Origin: Octopus bimaculoides
Lineage: Eukaryota
Direction: 5' to 3'
Assembly: GCF_001194135.2 (NCBI RefSeq)
Contig: NC_068982.1
Coordinates: 114,524,243-114,575,094 of the forward strand
Length of the DNA: 50,852 bases
A program made the position numbers and the translations under genes. The stretch's first letter is position 1; each line of letters starts with the position of its first letter. A model generated the notes under the pieces. That model saw only the letters and a list, made by a program, of their open reading frames with translations, had not been told where the DNA came from and made no database searches. Below are positions 1 to 11,995 of this stretch, piece by piece.

Positions 1-680
1 TATATATATATATATATATATCAATATGTGTGTGTGCATTTGTATATTACGTATATGTATAGCGGGAGGCAGAGAGACATAAAGAGAGAGAGAGAGTGAT
101 GCAGCGAGGGTTAGTGGGTGGTAGGGAAATAGTATTCAATCGTTCCAGACATTATGCTATCATTGATACACGAAAATGTTGGTGTGTTTTTATTTCAACA
201 TATCCGCTGCCGTGTGATAAGGAACATCAGAGAAATGCTACAAAGCTAAGTAATGATGGAAATACCGAAGAATAATACCGAAAAGAAATAACGAAAGAAA
301 TATGTTGAATTAACATAAAAAATGGAAGACTTGATTCTTGTTGTAGATAATATACCATTTTCTGATGTGTTATCTACGCAACAAATGTGCTTCTGTTCAC
401 AACAATCGTATATATTGTTCGGATAGCTTCAATATTTGTATATAAATATAGAGCTTTTGTTCAGGAATTACAAATTGATCTCACTTACAAAGTGCAGAAA
501 GCTGGAAGAAATGATTTGTTAAAGCCAGACGTACTTTTGGGCATATATTTCAATTATTATCAATCATAATTGCTATAACTGCAAACATTTTACTGATACG
601 CGTATATGATCATTTATAGCAACGGATCTTGCACGAGTTCAAATAAATACATGTATAGCATATTGTCTCTAATTTCTTCT

Positions 681-694
681 TATATATATATATT

Positions 695-742
<48 letters not shown>
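681..742. repeat. (TA)n microsatellite with short TG interruption
   Basis: Direct reading of the sequence. Confidence 0.95.
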
Positions 743-746
<4 letters not shown>

Positions 747-1151
747 AACAGTCTATAAAGTAAATATAGACCATATGTACTCTACCAAAGTTTTGAGTAA
801 TCCTTCAGTAATGTTAAATTCTTTGTTATAAATCGGTAAAAAAAAACAGACATTAATATGTGTATGTATATTTGTGTATTCATGTATATGTATGTGTATG
901 TATATATGTATGTGTGCATAGCTAGCTAGCTAGATACATAGAGAGAGAGAGGGGGGGTCAGTAGTTTATGGGTTCCATCCCAGCGAGCTAAGTTTCCCAA
1001 AAAGTACGCAATACAATACAGAATACTATTTATATAAATGAATAATTGACAGTTATGCAAATAATTTAATGCTATTAGATTTCTTCTAAACTATACATCT
1101 TTAAAAGTACACTGCCAGAGAAAGCTTTGTGCACCTGTAAGGTACTGATAT

Positions 1152-1517
<366 letters not shown>

Positions 1518-1960
1518 AGTAACCATCTGGCAACATGTGGTCGAAAAACTTTTATGATATTTCCATTTCATAAACTTTACAACCTGAATGAAATTGAGAG
1601 AAAACGGAAAGAAAAGGACTTTATTAAGAAATTCAAACCCAAGCTTAACAAACAATGATTAAATTAAACTTATTTGAGGTTTAACAATCTTATCCCTATA
1701 ACTAAAACACAAAAAATCTCTCAAATGTCATCATTTCTAAAAATAAACATTGAAAAATGGTTTGGCATCCTCTCTAAAAATAGCCAAACAACTACTACTG
1801 CTATCCAAAGGAATGTATATAAAGGACAAAAAGACAACCAGTCAACTACAGTTGAAACACTTCTGTCACACGGGACCTTGAAGACTGCTAGAAAGCAGGA
1901 AAGTATACTAGTCCTTATATATTTAATATTCAATATTTCATTTATTCAATAAGACATTCA
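1518..1960 (+). mobile_element. 3' fragment of Penelope-like element (GIY-YIG endonuclease C-terminus plus 3' UTR/pseudo-LTR)
   Basis: 1518-1658 translates SNHLATCGRKTFMIFPFHKLYNLNEIERKRKEKDFIKKFKPKLNKQ*, matching the H..C...F.I.P...R...E..FI..F.P.LN tail of PLE GIY-YIG domains. A hammerhead-like motif lies about 215 nt downstream. Confidence 0.75.
1873..1914 (+). ncRNA. Putative minimal type I hammerhead ribozyme (Penelope-associated, palindromic stem III)
   Basis: GGAC-CTTGAAGA-CTGCT(AGAA)AGCAG-GAAA-GTATACT-A-GTCC. Stem I is GGAC/GTCC, stem II is 5 bp, GAAA is present, AGTATACT is a perfect palindrome and the cleavage triplet would be CUA. The core deviates from CUGANGA by one extra pyrimidine. 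Confidence 0.6.
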
Positions 1961-2654
1961 ATACTTCATTTCATTTTACTATATATATTATATATTCCAT
2001 ATACTATATCCTACATTTTATAAGAATATAAATAAAACATAAAAAACAGAGAGTGTTGGAATTCTTTTGAATAATATATATATATATATAATATATATAT
2101 ATATATAATTTCATTTATATAATTTAATATAAAATATAGCCACCGTATTTCATCGAACGTTTTCATACGTTTTCATACGTTTTCTAAAAGTAGAGAAGTA
2201 AATTAGCTATCATTGGATTATCGAAAATCCTTGAATGTAAAAGTAAAACTTGGACTCTTTGCAACTGAAAGCTTGAAATGCCACGTCCGGTGTATGGGTC
2301 TCAGAGATTTTCTTTAAAAAAAAAAAGCAGAATAAAACCTGTGGATAACAAAACACAGCGTGTATTTAGATGACAATTGTCTACCTCAGGTGGGGAAAGA
2401 GACATGAGAGGGGTGAATGGAAAGAAAATAGCTGAGATGTTTTTTGCAAGGCATGTTTGGTCACGTATATGCAAGCGTGTGCATAAGTGCTGAGTGTGCA
2501 GGAACGAACACCTTAGTTATACAAGGCGTCCCAAAAGTTACTGATGGGTTTCAAATTTTAATAGCTTCAACTTTATAAATAAATGCATGAAATACAGTAT
2601 AAAAGACATAATGGAAATTAATATGCATAAGTCAAATTTTTCAAAACTACTACA

Positions 2655-3038
2655 TCACATATGCAAAATGACATCGCTTAAATGGCAGTCATTTTCGACT
2701 TTGCACGCCCATGCTCTTTCCAAAACTTGCACTATAACACCCTCAAGAGTTTCAGATTTCACTTCTCTGATTTCTCTATTGATGTTCTCCTTCAGTTGCA
2801 CCAGGGTCTCCGGTTTGTTAGTGTAAACCCTCTCTTTCGGATATCCCCACAAGAAAAAATCTGGGCTAGTCAAGTCTGGAGAACATGAAGGCCAGTTGAC
2901 ATTGCTGTAGCGGGAGATTATCCTCTTTCCAAAGCACTGCTGTAGCAACTGCATTGTGTCTCCTGCAGTATGAGCAGCTGCTCCATCTTGCTGGAACCAT
3001 GTGTGAGGTCTACTTAGAACGGGCTTCACTTTCCCCAA
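2655..3038 (-). pseudogene. DD41D transposase C-terminal fragment (left arm)
   Basis: WFQQDGAAAHTA...WPSCSPDLTSPDFFLWGY; 41 residues counted between the D of QQDG and the D of PDFF. The N-terminus and first catalytic D are missing. Confidence 0.85.
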
Positions 3039-3040
3039 GC

Positions 3041-3259
3041 TTGACTAGCCCGGATTTTTTCTGGTGGGAATACCTGATAGAGGGGGTTTACGTCAACAAA
3101 CCGGAGATCCTGGTGCGACTGAAGGAGAACATCAATAGAAAAATCAGAGAATTAGGGTCTGAAGCTCTTGAGAGTGTGATGGTGCAGGCTTTGGAATTGG
3201 CACGGGCGTGCGAAGCCGAAAATGGCTGCCATTTAAGCGATGTCATTTTGCATATGTGA
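3041..3259 (+). pseudogene. Second, inverted copy of the transposase C-terminus (right arm)
   Basis: LTSPDFFWWEYLIEGVYVNKPEILVRLKENINRKIRE...ENGCHLSDVILHM*, collinear with the left-arm protein from LTSPD to the stop. Confidence 0.85.
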
Positions 3260-3449
3260 TGTATGGTGTTGCATAATTTGACTTGTGCATATTAATTTTT
3301 ATTATGTCCTTTATATTGTATCAACATTTCATGCCTTTATTTGTAAAGTTAAGGAAGTTATTAAAAATTGAAACCCATCAGTAACTTTTAGGACACCCTA
3401 TAGTAGTGGAGCATTGACAGTGGAAAAAACAGCCCTTACACTCAGAGTG

Positions 3450-4180
3450 TACCCGACCAGCTGGCTAATGAAGACACGTGGAAACCACTTTTAGAGTTTA
3501 AGCTAGGCCCCTAGGTGGTGTGAGTTCTTGAATGTAATTCTTCTCTCTCCCAAACAAAGTCTGCACTGCGTTGTGTTGTTGAAATAATGTTTTCACTTTC
3601 CAGCAGTCTCCAGGTAATGTTATACTGAGCAGTGTATTCTTCCAATAGCCATATATGTCTCACCAGTGTTGTGACGTTACGTCATTTCAGGATTTCAAGA
3701 AGTGAACTGCGTTGGTTGAGCTTTGTCTTAGAGAGGGCTTCCCATATATTTTTATACCTGCATCGTTCTACTGGGATCTCTTGATACTACTTCCGCCTTA
3801 TACACGACGGCTTCTGTGTTACATTGACCGTTTAGTGGACTTTAACGTTACTTCCAAATAAGTAGCCTGCTATTATGCTTGTTTATTCCATATTTACTAA
3901 TTTTTTTCTTTATGCAAAGTGCGCAGCTAAAATATGCTTAGTGAAGATTTTCTTGTACTTGTATGTCTACTGAAAATGCTTATCTACTAATCTAAGGACG
4001 ATTTTACCTACATTCTTAACATTGAATGAAAACCATATGACTTGCAAACCATATGACTTGCGGTGGCGTTTTCTCTTAGCGGGGTTTAGATCGTGCATAA
4101 AACGCCAGCAGACAGTGTTAGGGTTCGTCATAGTACGGTGAAAATATCTTCCAGCCATCCATAATTTTCTAAAACCTAAT
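3450..4180 (-). mobile_element. Degenerate Penelope-like element: RT thumb, linker and GIY-YIG endonuclease
   Basis: Minus-strand frames give RKRHRK..VIWFSFNVKNVGKIVLRLVDKHFQ (cf. WFNPP..V.TN.G..FL.L.DKHFP), PLNGQCNTEAVVYKAEV, KYMGS and QCRLCLGEK. There are multiple stops and frameshifts; clade not assigned. Confidence 0.8.
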
Positions 4181-6399
4181 GAAGGGTATTCGCAGAAGGA
4201 TCGCCAAGCTGCAACAAGTTCTAAACAGATGAAATCAAGTTGAGACGTTACTTATATCATACTTAGTTCAGGGTTTTAGAAAATCTTGATAAGATCAGAT
4301 ATGTTGTTAACTGTTATTATTTAATCCCGAGTTAGAACAGGGAGATTATTTAATCCCGGGTTAGAACAGGGGGATTGTTATTTCAAAGAGATCTAATAAT
4401 GGAATAGAAGCTCACTCGTTGTTGTTGCTATCGTCGTCGTTGGTGTTTGACTCAAAATCTACTCTAATCAAGCACGCCTACGATAAAGGTGTTCCAGACA
4501 TGATTATCGTCTTTTCCAACTATTTTAAGGCGGTAGGAAATAGATTTGGAGAAGATTTGGCTTGCATTTTCAGCAGTCCAGTGACCACATGGAGGCTCCC
4601 TTAATGAAATATTATCAAGAGGTTACTGTGTGATTGACTCTGTTGATTTATTTTTCTACAGTGGAGAGATTGTAAATGGAAACTATTTTGAAATCTATTC
4701 GAAAGTGATACTAAATGGCAGGATATTATTTCTTAGGATATCTATATCATTATAAGGTTTATTCTAGCAGGAAATTTTAACGGAGATATTCCCCAGAGAA
4801 ACGATAGTCCATAGAAGATATGTTATAAAATAAATATATAAATGCATTGTACTGAGAATATTCATAGATTGAAAGCTGGTAACAGTTCTAGATGAAGACT
4901 GGTTAAGAATAATTTGACTAGACTGATATCTTAAGAGAAAGAAATTGTTGACAGTTTCTATTGGAATTGCGTGACTACAGATTGAAAAAGGATCAGTTTT
5001 CCGTATATTTATTCCAGTTGGATGCAGAGAGAAAGCCAGTTTTCTTGTGCTGAAATACTGAACTTGGCTACTGAGAGCATTGATAATAAAGATAATTTTA
5101 AAAACTTTCCTAAGAAGATTAACTTCTGGAATTGGACAATTGAGAATAATCGTCGATTAATCAAACACAAAATATATTTTATTTGTACCGCTTCACTTAA
5201 AAATGATTTGGATAGCTTGATAATTTATACCATCTTCGTCAGCTGAAGTAAACATTCTAGAAATAGGATATTATTGCAAAGAAATTCATTGTCATAATTT
5301 TTTCAAGACTGGCGGGACGACAGAATCATTACAGCGTCGGACAAATTGCCAAGCTGAATATTGTCTGAGGTCGATAAAATATTTATCACGTTCTGGGATT
5401 CGTTAAACTGATTTCACATCTTCTCAAAAATAAGTGGATTTGTTTATTATAATATATTCATAATAAATTAGAATTAATATTGATGTATTTTCTTAATTAA
5501 ATTGCGTACAAGTTAATATTATTGTTACAGAATCTTAGAAGACAAAAACACTCGCAGGTCTTAACCTTTCTTTTAATAATATTAAGTTAAGACGAAGCAT
5601 GGGAAACTGATGCCGAAAGATCATGTTTCTTTATTATTCTGTAATAGAAATTAATCTGAACTAGTACAAAACATGTTGAAAAATCATCAATTCTTATTTG
5701 CTTTCATTAATACACCGCCTCAACTTCTCCTTAAGCTATTACTAACTTGGACTTTAAATACAAATGTTGATAAATCCATGGTGCACGCACATCTTGCGTT
5801 CTCACGAATTGGTTTTATTGAAGCAAATAAATCTAAGATGCAAAGTAAAACATGCACGTTTGAAGCAGACTATATAATCAGTAAATCTTTTCTATTTCTT
5901 CACCTGTTAAATCCAGCCGAAAGCAGATGTAGTAGCCTGACCAACCTGAAACCTAGTTTTTATGCGTTTCTTAAAATTTGAAAGAATTGGTTTCTTTAAT
6001 TTATAATCCTCATTGCAAAGTAAAACAGAAAAATATAAACATCAGTATATTGTCATGTTATTTAGACCTTATTAAGCAAACCTCTAATCAAACACGCTCC
6101 AGCCATGACCACCCGTTATTATATTTAGACCTAGAACATTTCGGACAACACTAACGAACGTGTTCTTTCTTAATGGAAATTTAGCTGTTATTTCTGCACA
6201 TAGAGCGAATACATTCAGGTTTCTCAGTCCTCTAGTTTATTATAAATTGTTGTAACACTTGGCAAAACTGTAACAACGTCGGATATAAATGCGAGTTGTA
6301 CTTAGTAACGGCCGTTCACGTCTTGAGTTCAAACCTCAGAGAGGTGAACTGTGCCATTCTTTCTAACCGTTGTTAGAAGTCAATGTTAATCCTAGTCAA

Positions 6400-6770
6400 G
6401 CAGTTACACCTAGCCCATACTAGTTATACCTATCCCATCTTTCTAAAGATAACAAGGATAATATATGTCCTCCTTCCTCTTTTAAAGACAGTAAAATGAG
6501 AAATGAACGAATTTTGACTGCTATCTCTAGCGTGTCGCTTAGACATGTGCAAGCCTTTTATTTTTCGCCTTGATATTGTTGCTGGTATTGTTTATCCCCT
6601 CTTCAGGTCAAGCAGATTTATTATCAAAGGTGTTTCAGCCATGACTAACCCGTCTTTTGCCTATATCAGAGAATCCAGAGCCACATTATTCCATAATCCC
6701 TTCTCTGAGAAGGGTGAGGATATAATTTGCCTGCTATTTTTAGCGTGTGAGACATTCATGTAGGGCCCCC
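6400..6770 (-). mobile_element. Degenerate SINE-like repeat (family D, ...CTGCTAGAAATAGCAGCCAAATCTCC...)
   Basis: Similar by eye to copies at about 23690-24030, 26255-26410 and 33975-34090; boundaries approximate. Confidence 0.45.
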
Positions 6771-6949
6771 ACCACGTCTTCTCGTTAATAAGTTTTAGGA
6801 GAAGGTAATGTTCTCTATAATACCTTGTTCAGTGCCTGTACAAGCGAGAATCCAATCATTATCGCTATATATTTCATGAGATAGCGCAAGCTTCAATGGT
6901 TATATTTGAGTATGTATCTGCACTTCTATGTAAAATTTAAACAAAATGG

Positions 6950-7060
<111 letters not shown>

Positions 7061-7948
7061 CTGGCAATTACTCATGCATGCAAGTCTCTTCTCTCTACGT
7101 TACTGATGTTGCCCAAGAAAAAGGCTTCAGTGTAGTCTTTGGCATTGCTGTCAGAACGCATGAAGCATGGTTAGATACTGCAATGCTTCCTGTCCGACAC
7201 TCTAATAGTCTTGCCATTCCGCTAAAGTTACTTTTTTGTTAACCCCCGAATGCTTAAAAGGCAAAGTTGAGCCTCTGTGGGATTTGAACCAATTCGCCAC
7301 CCTGCGTCTCATTATGAATGCTAATTAGCTAGCAAATAGAAGAGTAATGATTTCGATAGGTGTAAGCATGTTTTAAGACTTATTTAACGCCTCGAAATAA
7401 CCTGGTGCTAACAGTAGAAAGCCACAATGCTATCAACAGTACCAACAATAATAACGGCAGTGAGTATTTCAAAGAACAAATTAGAATAATAACAAAATAT
7501 CATCGAAACGATATAAGAAGATCCAAAACAACGAGCAACATTTATAAAGTTGCTCGACCAGCTAGAAATAGCAGTCACATCTAACCAAAATTCTACCCGA
7601 GAGACTTATTTGTATAAATGACTGGTTGGATGATGTTGTTCTAAATATACAAAGTTCTGAAACAAATATTGTGTGGATACAAATGAAATCTCTGCGGTGA
7701 TAAGTCTGATTGATGAGACCTCTCCTTTGCAACGGTCAAGAGAGTAACCTGAGCGTAGTAGAAATAGCTCTCAGTTTTCACTCAAAATCCGTCTTAAAAA
7801 GAACTTCTCCGTGGATAATGTCATAAAAGATATACTATATATCAATGAAAGGCGAGATAGGCACTACTAGAACGCCTTTAATGAAAAATATTATCGGAAC
7901 TGACGTAGGTTAAGCAATAACATTGATACACAAATCGGTGTGATAACA

Positions 7949-8075
7949 AGGAAAACTCAGCAGCAAATATTCCGTGTATCGAGTCTTTGTCTAAATTTCC
8001 GGTCCGTTAAGTTTTCGTCTAGTTTCCCGTTTAGCTTTTTCTCCTTGTTGTGTTCTTTCTGTTCAACCCTTGATA
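7949..8075 (+). repeat. Unclassified repeat unit, copy 1 of 2
   Basis: Shares CCGTTAAGTTTTCGTCTA.TTTCCCGTTT and TTCTGTTCAACCCTTGATA with 8962-9099. Confidence 0.75.
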
Positions 8076-8426
8076 CATCCATGTAGCGAAACGCACACCT
8101 TGTTTGTTTACTTCAATCTATTGTGCGACACTTAACTCTCTCTACTCTTACTCTGTCTCTCTCACCCTCTGCCCTTACTTTATCTCTTTCTTCACACTTT
8201 CTCTTTCCGCCCTTGCTTGCCTCACTTGTACATTTCTCTTCTCTCTCTGTCTCCCTTTCTTTTTCGCTCTCTCCCCCGCTCTCTTTCCCTCTTGCTATAT
8301 CTCTTTCCACATCTACTCTGACTCTACTTCTTTCTGCACTCTTACCCTTTCTTTCCACCCTTGTTTGCTTCACTTGTAGCTTTTTCTTATCTTACTTTCA
8401 CTCTGTTTCTCTAATCCCCCTACTAC

Positions 8427-8431
<5 letters not shown>

Positions 8432-8513
<82 letters not shown>
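8432..8513. repeat. (CT)n microsatellite at the end of a CT-rich low-complexity tract (about 8110-8530)
   Basis: Direct reading; explains ORFs 8104-8379, 8113-8373 and 8123-8557. Confidence 0.95.
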
Positions 8514-8515
<2 letters not shown>

Positions 8516-8961
8516 ATTCTTTCCTTCTCTCAATACTTCCTCTTCCCTACCACGTGACCGGTGTCCGGTGAAGGCGGTGTTGTTCTTTTTCGCCCTGCCT
8601 TTGACCAGACTGATCATGTTCGTCTGGGCTCCTGCTACGTCTAATAGAACTTATCCCGTTTCATCTTCGCGCAACCCCACTAAGTTCGTTCGATAGCTGC
8701 AAAGCTCTTTCTATTGCATTTGTGGTACATGTATAATGATATTTTTTTCTTCTGTTGCATATAGCCGTAAGGTTTCGTGCTGTTATATATGCATAATTCT
8801 TTGTCTGTTGTATTTATGTAATGTCTTGTTTGTTTCTGTCTAAGTATACATTCGCTAGCTTTTTCCCAACAGCTTAATAACAGCGCTGTCGCCTCCAAAA
8901 TTGAGTGGGCTCAATGGTAATGACGCGAAACCACTATGATATTTTGGGTCATTGACTGACG

Positions 8962-9099
8962 AGGAGAACTCAGCTGCGAATATTCTGTTTATTGTGTCTT
9001 CGTCAACATTTCCCGTCCGTTAAGTTTTCGTCTAATTTCCCGTTTGCTCTGCTTTCGTCTTACTTTTACTCCTTGTGTTTTTCTGTTCAACCCTTGATA
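8962..9099 (+). repeat. Unclassified repeat unit, copy 2 of 2
   Basis: Direct repeat of 7949-8075. Confidence 0.75.
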
Positions 9100-9191
9100 T
9101 ATATATATGGAGAGAGAGACAGACAGAGAGAGAGACACACAGACAGACACACAGAGACAGTTAGATAGATAGATATGTACTCATATATATT

Positions 9192-9231
<40 letters not shown>

Positions 9232-9610
9232 NNNNNNNNNNNNNNNNNNNNNNNNNNNNNNNNNNNNNNNNNNNNNNNNNNNNNNNNNNNNNNNNNNNNN
9301 NNNNNNNNNNNNNNNNNNNNNNNNNNNNNNNNNNNNNNNNNNNNNNNNNNNNNNNNNNNNNNNNNNNNNNNNNNNNNNNNNNNNNNNNNNNNNNNNNNNN
9401 NNNNNNNNNNNNNNNNNNNNNNNNNNNNNNNNNNNNNNNNNNNNNNNNNNNNNNNNNNNNNNNNNNNNNNNNNNNNNNNNNNNNNNNNNNNNNNNNNNNN
9501 NNNNNNNNNNNNNNNNNNNNNNNNNNNNNNNNNNNNNNNNNNNNNNNNNNNNNNNNNNNNNNNNNNNNNNNNNNNNNNNNNNNNNNNNNNNNNNNNNNNN
9601 NNNNNNNNNN
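9232..9610. other. Assembly gap (N run) between (TA)n and (GT)n
   Basis: N characters. Confidence 1.
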
Positions 9611-9700
<90 letters not shown>

Positions 9701-10012
9701 ACAGGGTTCAGTAGGTTCAGTATGTTATAAACGTGTATAAACAGTGTGAATTCAACGTATGTGTATAGATAGGTAAGTAGACGGATAGATACATACATAC
9801 ATAATTTTATATATACATATATACATGTATGTTTGTGCACATATACATATGCTTGTGTAAGTACGTGTGTGTATATATGTGTGTATACATATATTTATAT
9901 ACATGACGCCATATGTATGTGTATACGTATATATGTATATGTGTGTGTGTGGATGTGTGTATGTGTGTATCTATATGTATGTGTTTGTATTCGTATGCAT
10001 ATATGTATATAC

Positions 10013-10046
<34 letters not shown>

Positions 10047-10315
10047 NNNNNNNNNNNNNNNNNNNNNNNNNNNNNNNNNNNNNNNNNNNNNNNNNNNNNN
10101 NNNNNNNNNNNNNNNNNNNNNNNNNNNNNNNNNNNNNNNNNNNNNNNNNNNNNNNNNNNNNNNNNNNNNNNNNNNNNNNNNNNNNNNNNNNNNNNNNNNN
10201 NNNNNNNNNNNNNNNNNNNNNNNNNNNNNNNNNNNNNNNNNNNNNNNNNNNNNNNNNNNNNNNNNNNNNNNNNNNNNNNNNNNNNNNNNNNNNNNNNNNN
10301 NNNNNNNNNNNNNNN
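10047..10315. other. Assembly gap (N run) within (TA)n
   Basis: N characters. Confidence 1.
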
Positions 10316-10779
10316 ATATATAGTTGACAACAAACAAGTGAATTAGTTTGACGTTTGGAAAAAATGAAATGAGCATCGTACAGACAATATCCTATTCTTG
10401 GTTAGTCTTCTTTCTTAGAAATTTGGCTATTTTTCTTTCCCATTAGAATATGGCTAACAAATGGAAAACTAAACTGAAACAGTAGACTCTAAGAAATCGA
10501 GTAATGGTAATGGTCTCTATCTTCGCAACGTGAAATAGTAATTCATTTCACTTTACGGATTAAATGAAACTCTAGACGTTCGCAAAATGGACTCGGTATT
10601 TGAACCAATGAACTGTACCAATATGTGCTATCTCCTTTAATCTAGGTAATAAAGTGAAGTATTGTTTTGAGTCAGAAATTATAGGGCCTGTTAATTGCTT
10701 TCTGTGGAGTATAAATAACCGAGATCACAATATTCTACCTGAACGGGACGTCAGCAGTCCCAAGGTTATTCATTTACAG

Positions 10780-10895
10780 GTGAGTGAACTGGAGCAACAT
10801 GAAATGAAATGTTTTCTTCAAAAACACAACGCACCAATCGGTCCCAGGTCCGAAACTGCAACACCCTAACCACTACGTCACGGACCTTCACTCCA
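10780..10895 (-). mobile_element. Partial tRNA-derived SINE head (family C)
   Basis: The reverse complement resembles the 5' part of 19233-19619 and 32712-32860. Confidence 0.55.
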
Positions 10896-11379
10896 CCTAA
10901 ATAGGTCCATAACACGGCACTGTACATGATAAGAATCACTGCCGAAGCAGACAGTAATTGAAAAGTCTAATATCTTAGGTTGTAGTCATTATAGTATTTT
11001 GATATATTCATTGAGGAACAAGGAGAAACACATTTCTTTGTTTTAGATTAAATTGGTTTCAGGTTTCAAACCGTCCTATTACTGGTTCGCTGTATTTCAA
11101 ATGGACAAGGTACTGTCTGTATAATATGGTTGGAATAATTATCACAAGGCATTTTCTTTCCAAACACTGGGTTATTGGTCTTCTTTCCAATATCTGCAGC
11201 TTTATATTTGTGCGTATGATAAGTAGATAGACAGATAGATAGAGAGAGAGCGAGTTAGATAGAGACCGAGATAGAGAGAGAGAGATAGAGAGAGAGAGAT
11301 CTACTTGTACACACATATCTGTATATCTATATATAGATATACATACATACACACACTCTCAAACATATACATATCTATA

Positions 11380-11995
11380 ATATTGACTTCAAATTTTTAG
11401 CATAAGGCCAGCAGTTTAGTGGGGTAAATCGATTACAACGACCCCAGCGTTCAACTGGAACTTATTTTATTAACCCCGAAGCGATAAAAGGCAAAATCAA
11501 TCTCGGCGGAACTTGATCTCAGAATGTAAAGACGGACGAAATACTGCTAAGTATTTTATCAGGCGTGTCGCCTTACGCATATCTACAATACTGGTTTTAA
11601 ATGTTGGCACGCAGTTTCTGAAAAAGAGTAAGTCATTTACATCGAATCCAGTGATCAACTAATATGTATTTTTATCGACCCCGAAATTATGAAAGACGAA
11701 TTCGATCTTAGTGGAATTTGAACTCAGAACGTAAAGACGATTGAAACGCCGCCGAGCACTTATCCCGGCGTGCTAACGATTCTGACAGCTTACCACTTTA
11801 TACATGTCAATAATATTGGTTTTTTTCACAAGGTCAGTATTATCGGAGTAAGGGCTAAGTCGATTACATCGACCCCTAAAGGGATAAAAGGCAAAGTAGA
11901 CCTCGGCAGAATTTGAATTCAGAACGTGAATACGGTCTAAACGCTGCTAAGTGTTTTGCCCGATGTGCTAGCGATTCAGCCATCTCGCCGCCTAA
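11380..11995 (-). mobile_element. Three head-to-tail copies of SINE family B (AAGGCGGCGAGCTGGCAG...)
   Basis: Units at about 11380-11575, 11590-11800 and 11812-11994 each carry ACCCCGAA..ATAAAAGGCAAA.TC.A.CTCGGC.GAA.TTGA..TCAGAA.GT. Confidence 0.85.

Larger units (their letters stand above)
2522..3400. mobile_element. Non-autonomous fold-back Tc1/mariner element, DD41D (rosa/Visitor-type)
   Basis: Termini CAAGGCGTCCCAAAAGTTACTGATGGGTTTCAA (2522) and the inverse of TAGGGTGTCCTAAAAGTTACTGATGGGTTTCAA (3400), flanked by TA at 2520-2521 and 3401-3402. Inverted arms are about 360 bp. Confidence 0.9.

Noticed and set aside
4317-4374. Two adjacent 29-bp repeats (TTATTTAATCCCG.GTTAGAACAGGG.GA) resembling a CRISPR repeat in length
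   Set aside because: Only two units with no spacer, in a eukaryotic context; a simple tandem duplication.
5022-5981. ORFs 5022-5246 and 5673-5981, plus small AG/GT-bounded segments near 5230-5256 and 5900-5945
   Set aside because: No recognisable motif, weak donors (GTATAA, GTGAAG), and expected by chance in AT-rich DNA.
8925-8990. GAAAC...GTC...CTGACGA resembling a type II hammerhead
   Set aside because: Stem I cannot form and stem II partners do not match.
10735-10790. CAG|GTGAGT plus-strand donor after ORF 10654-10869
   Set aside because: The donor lies within the reverse complement of a SINE head, and no acceptor or homology supports an exon.
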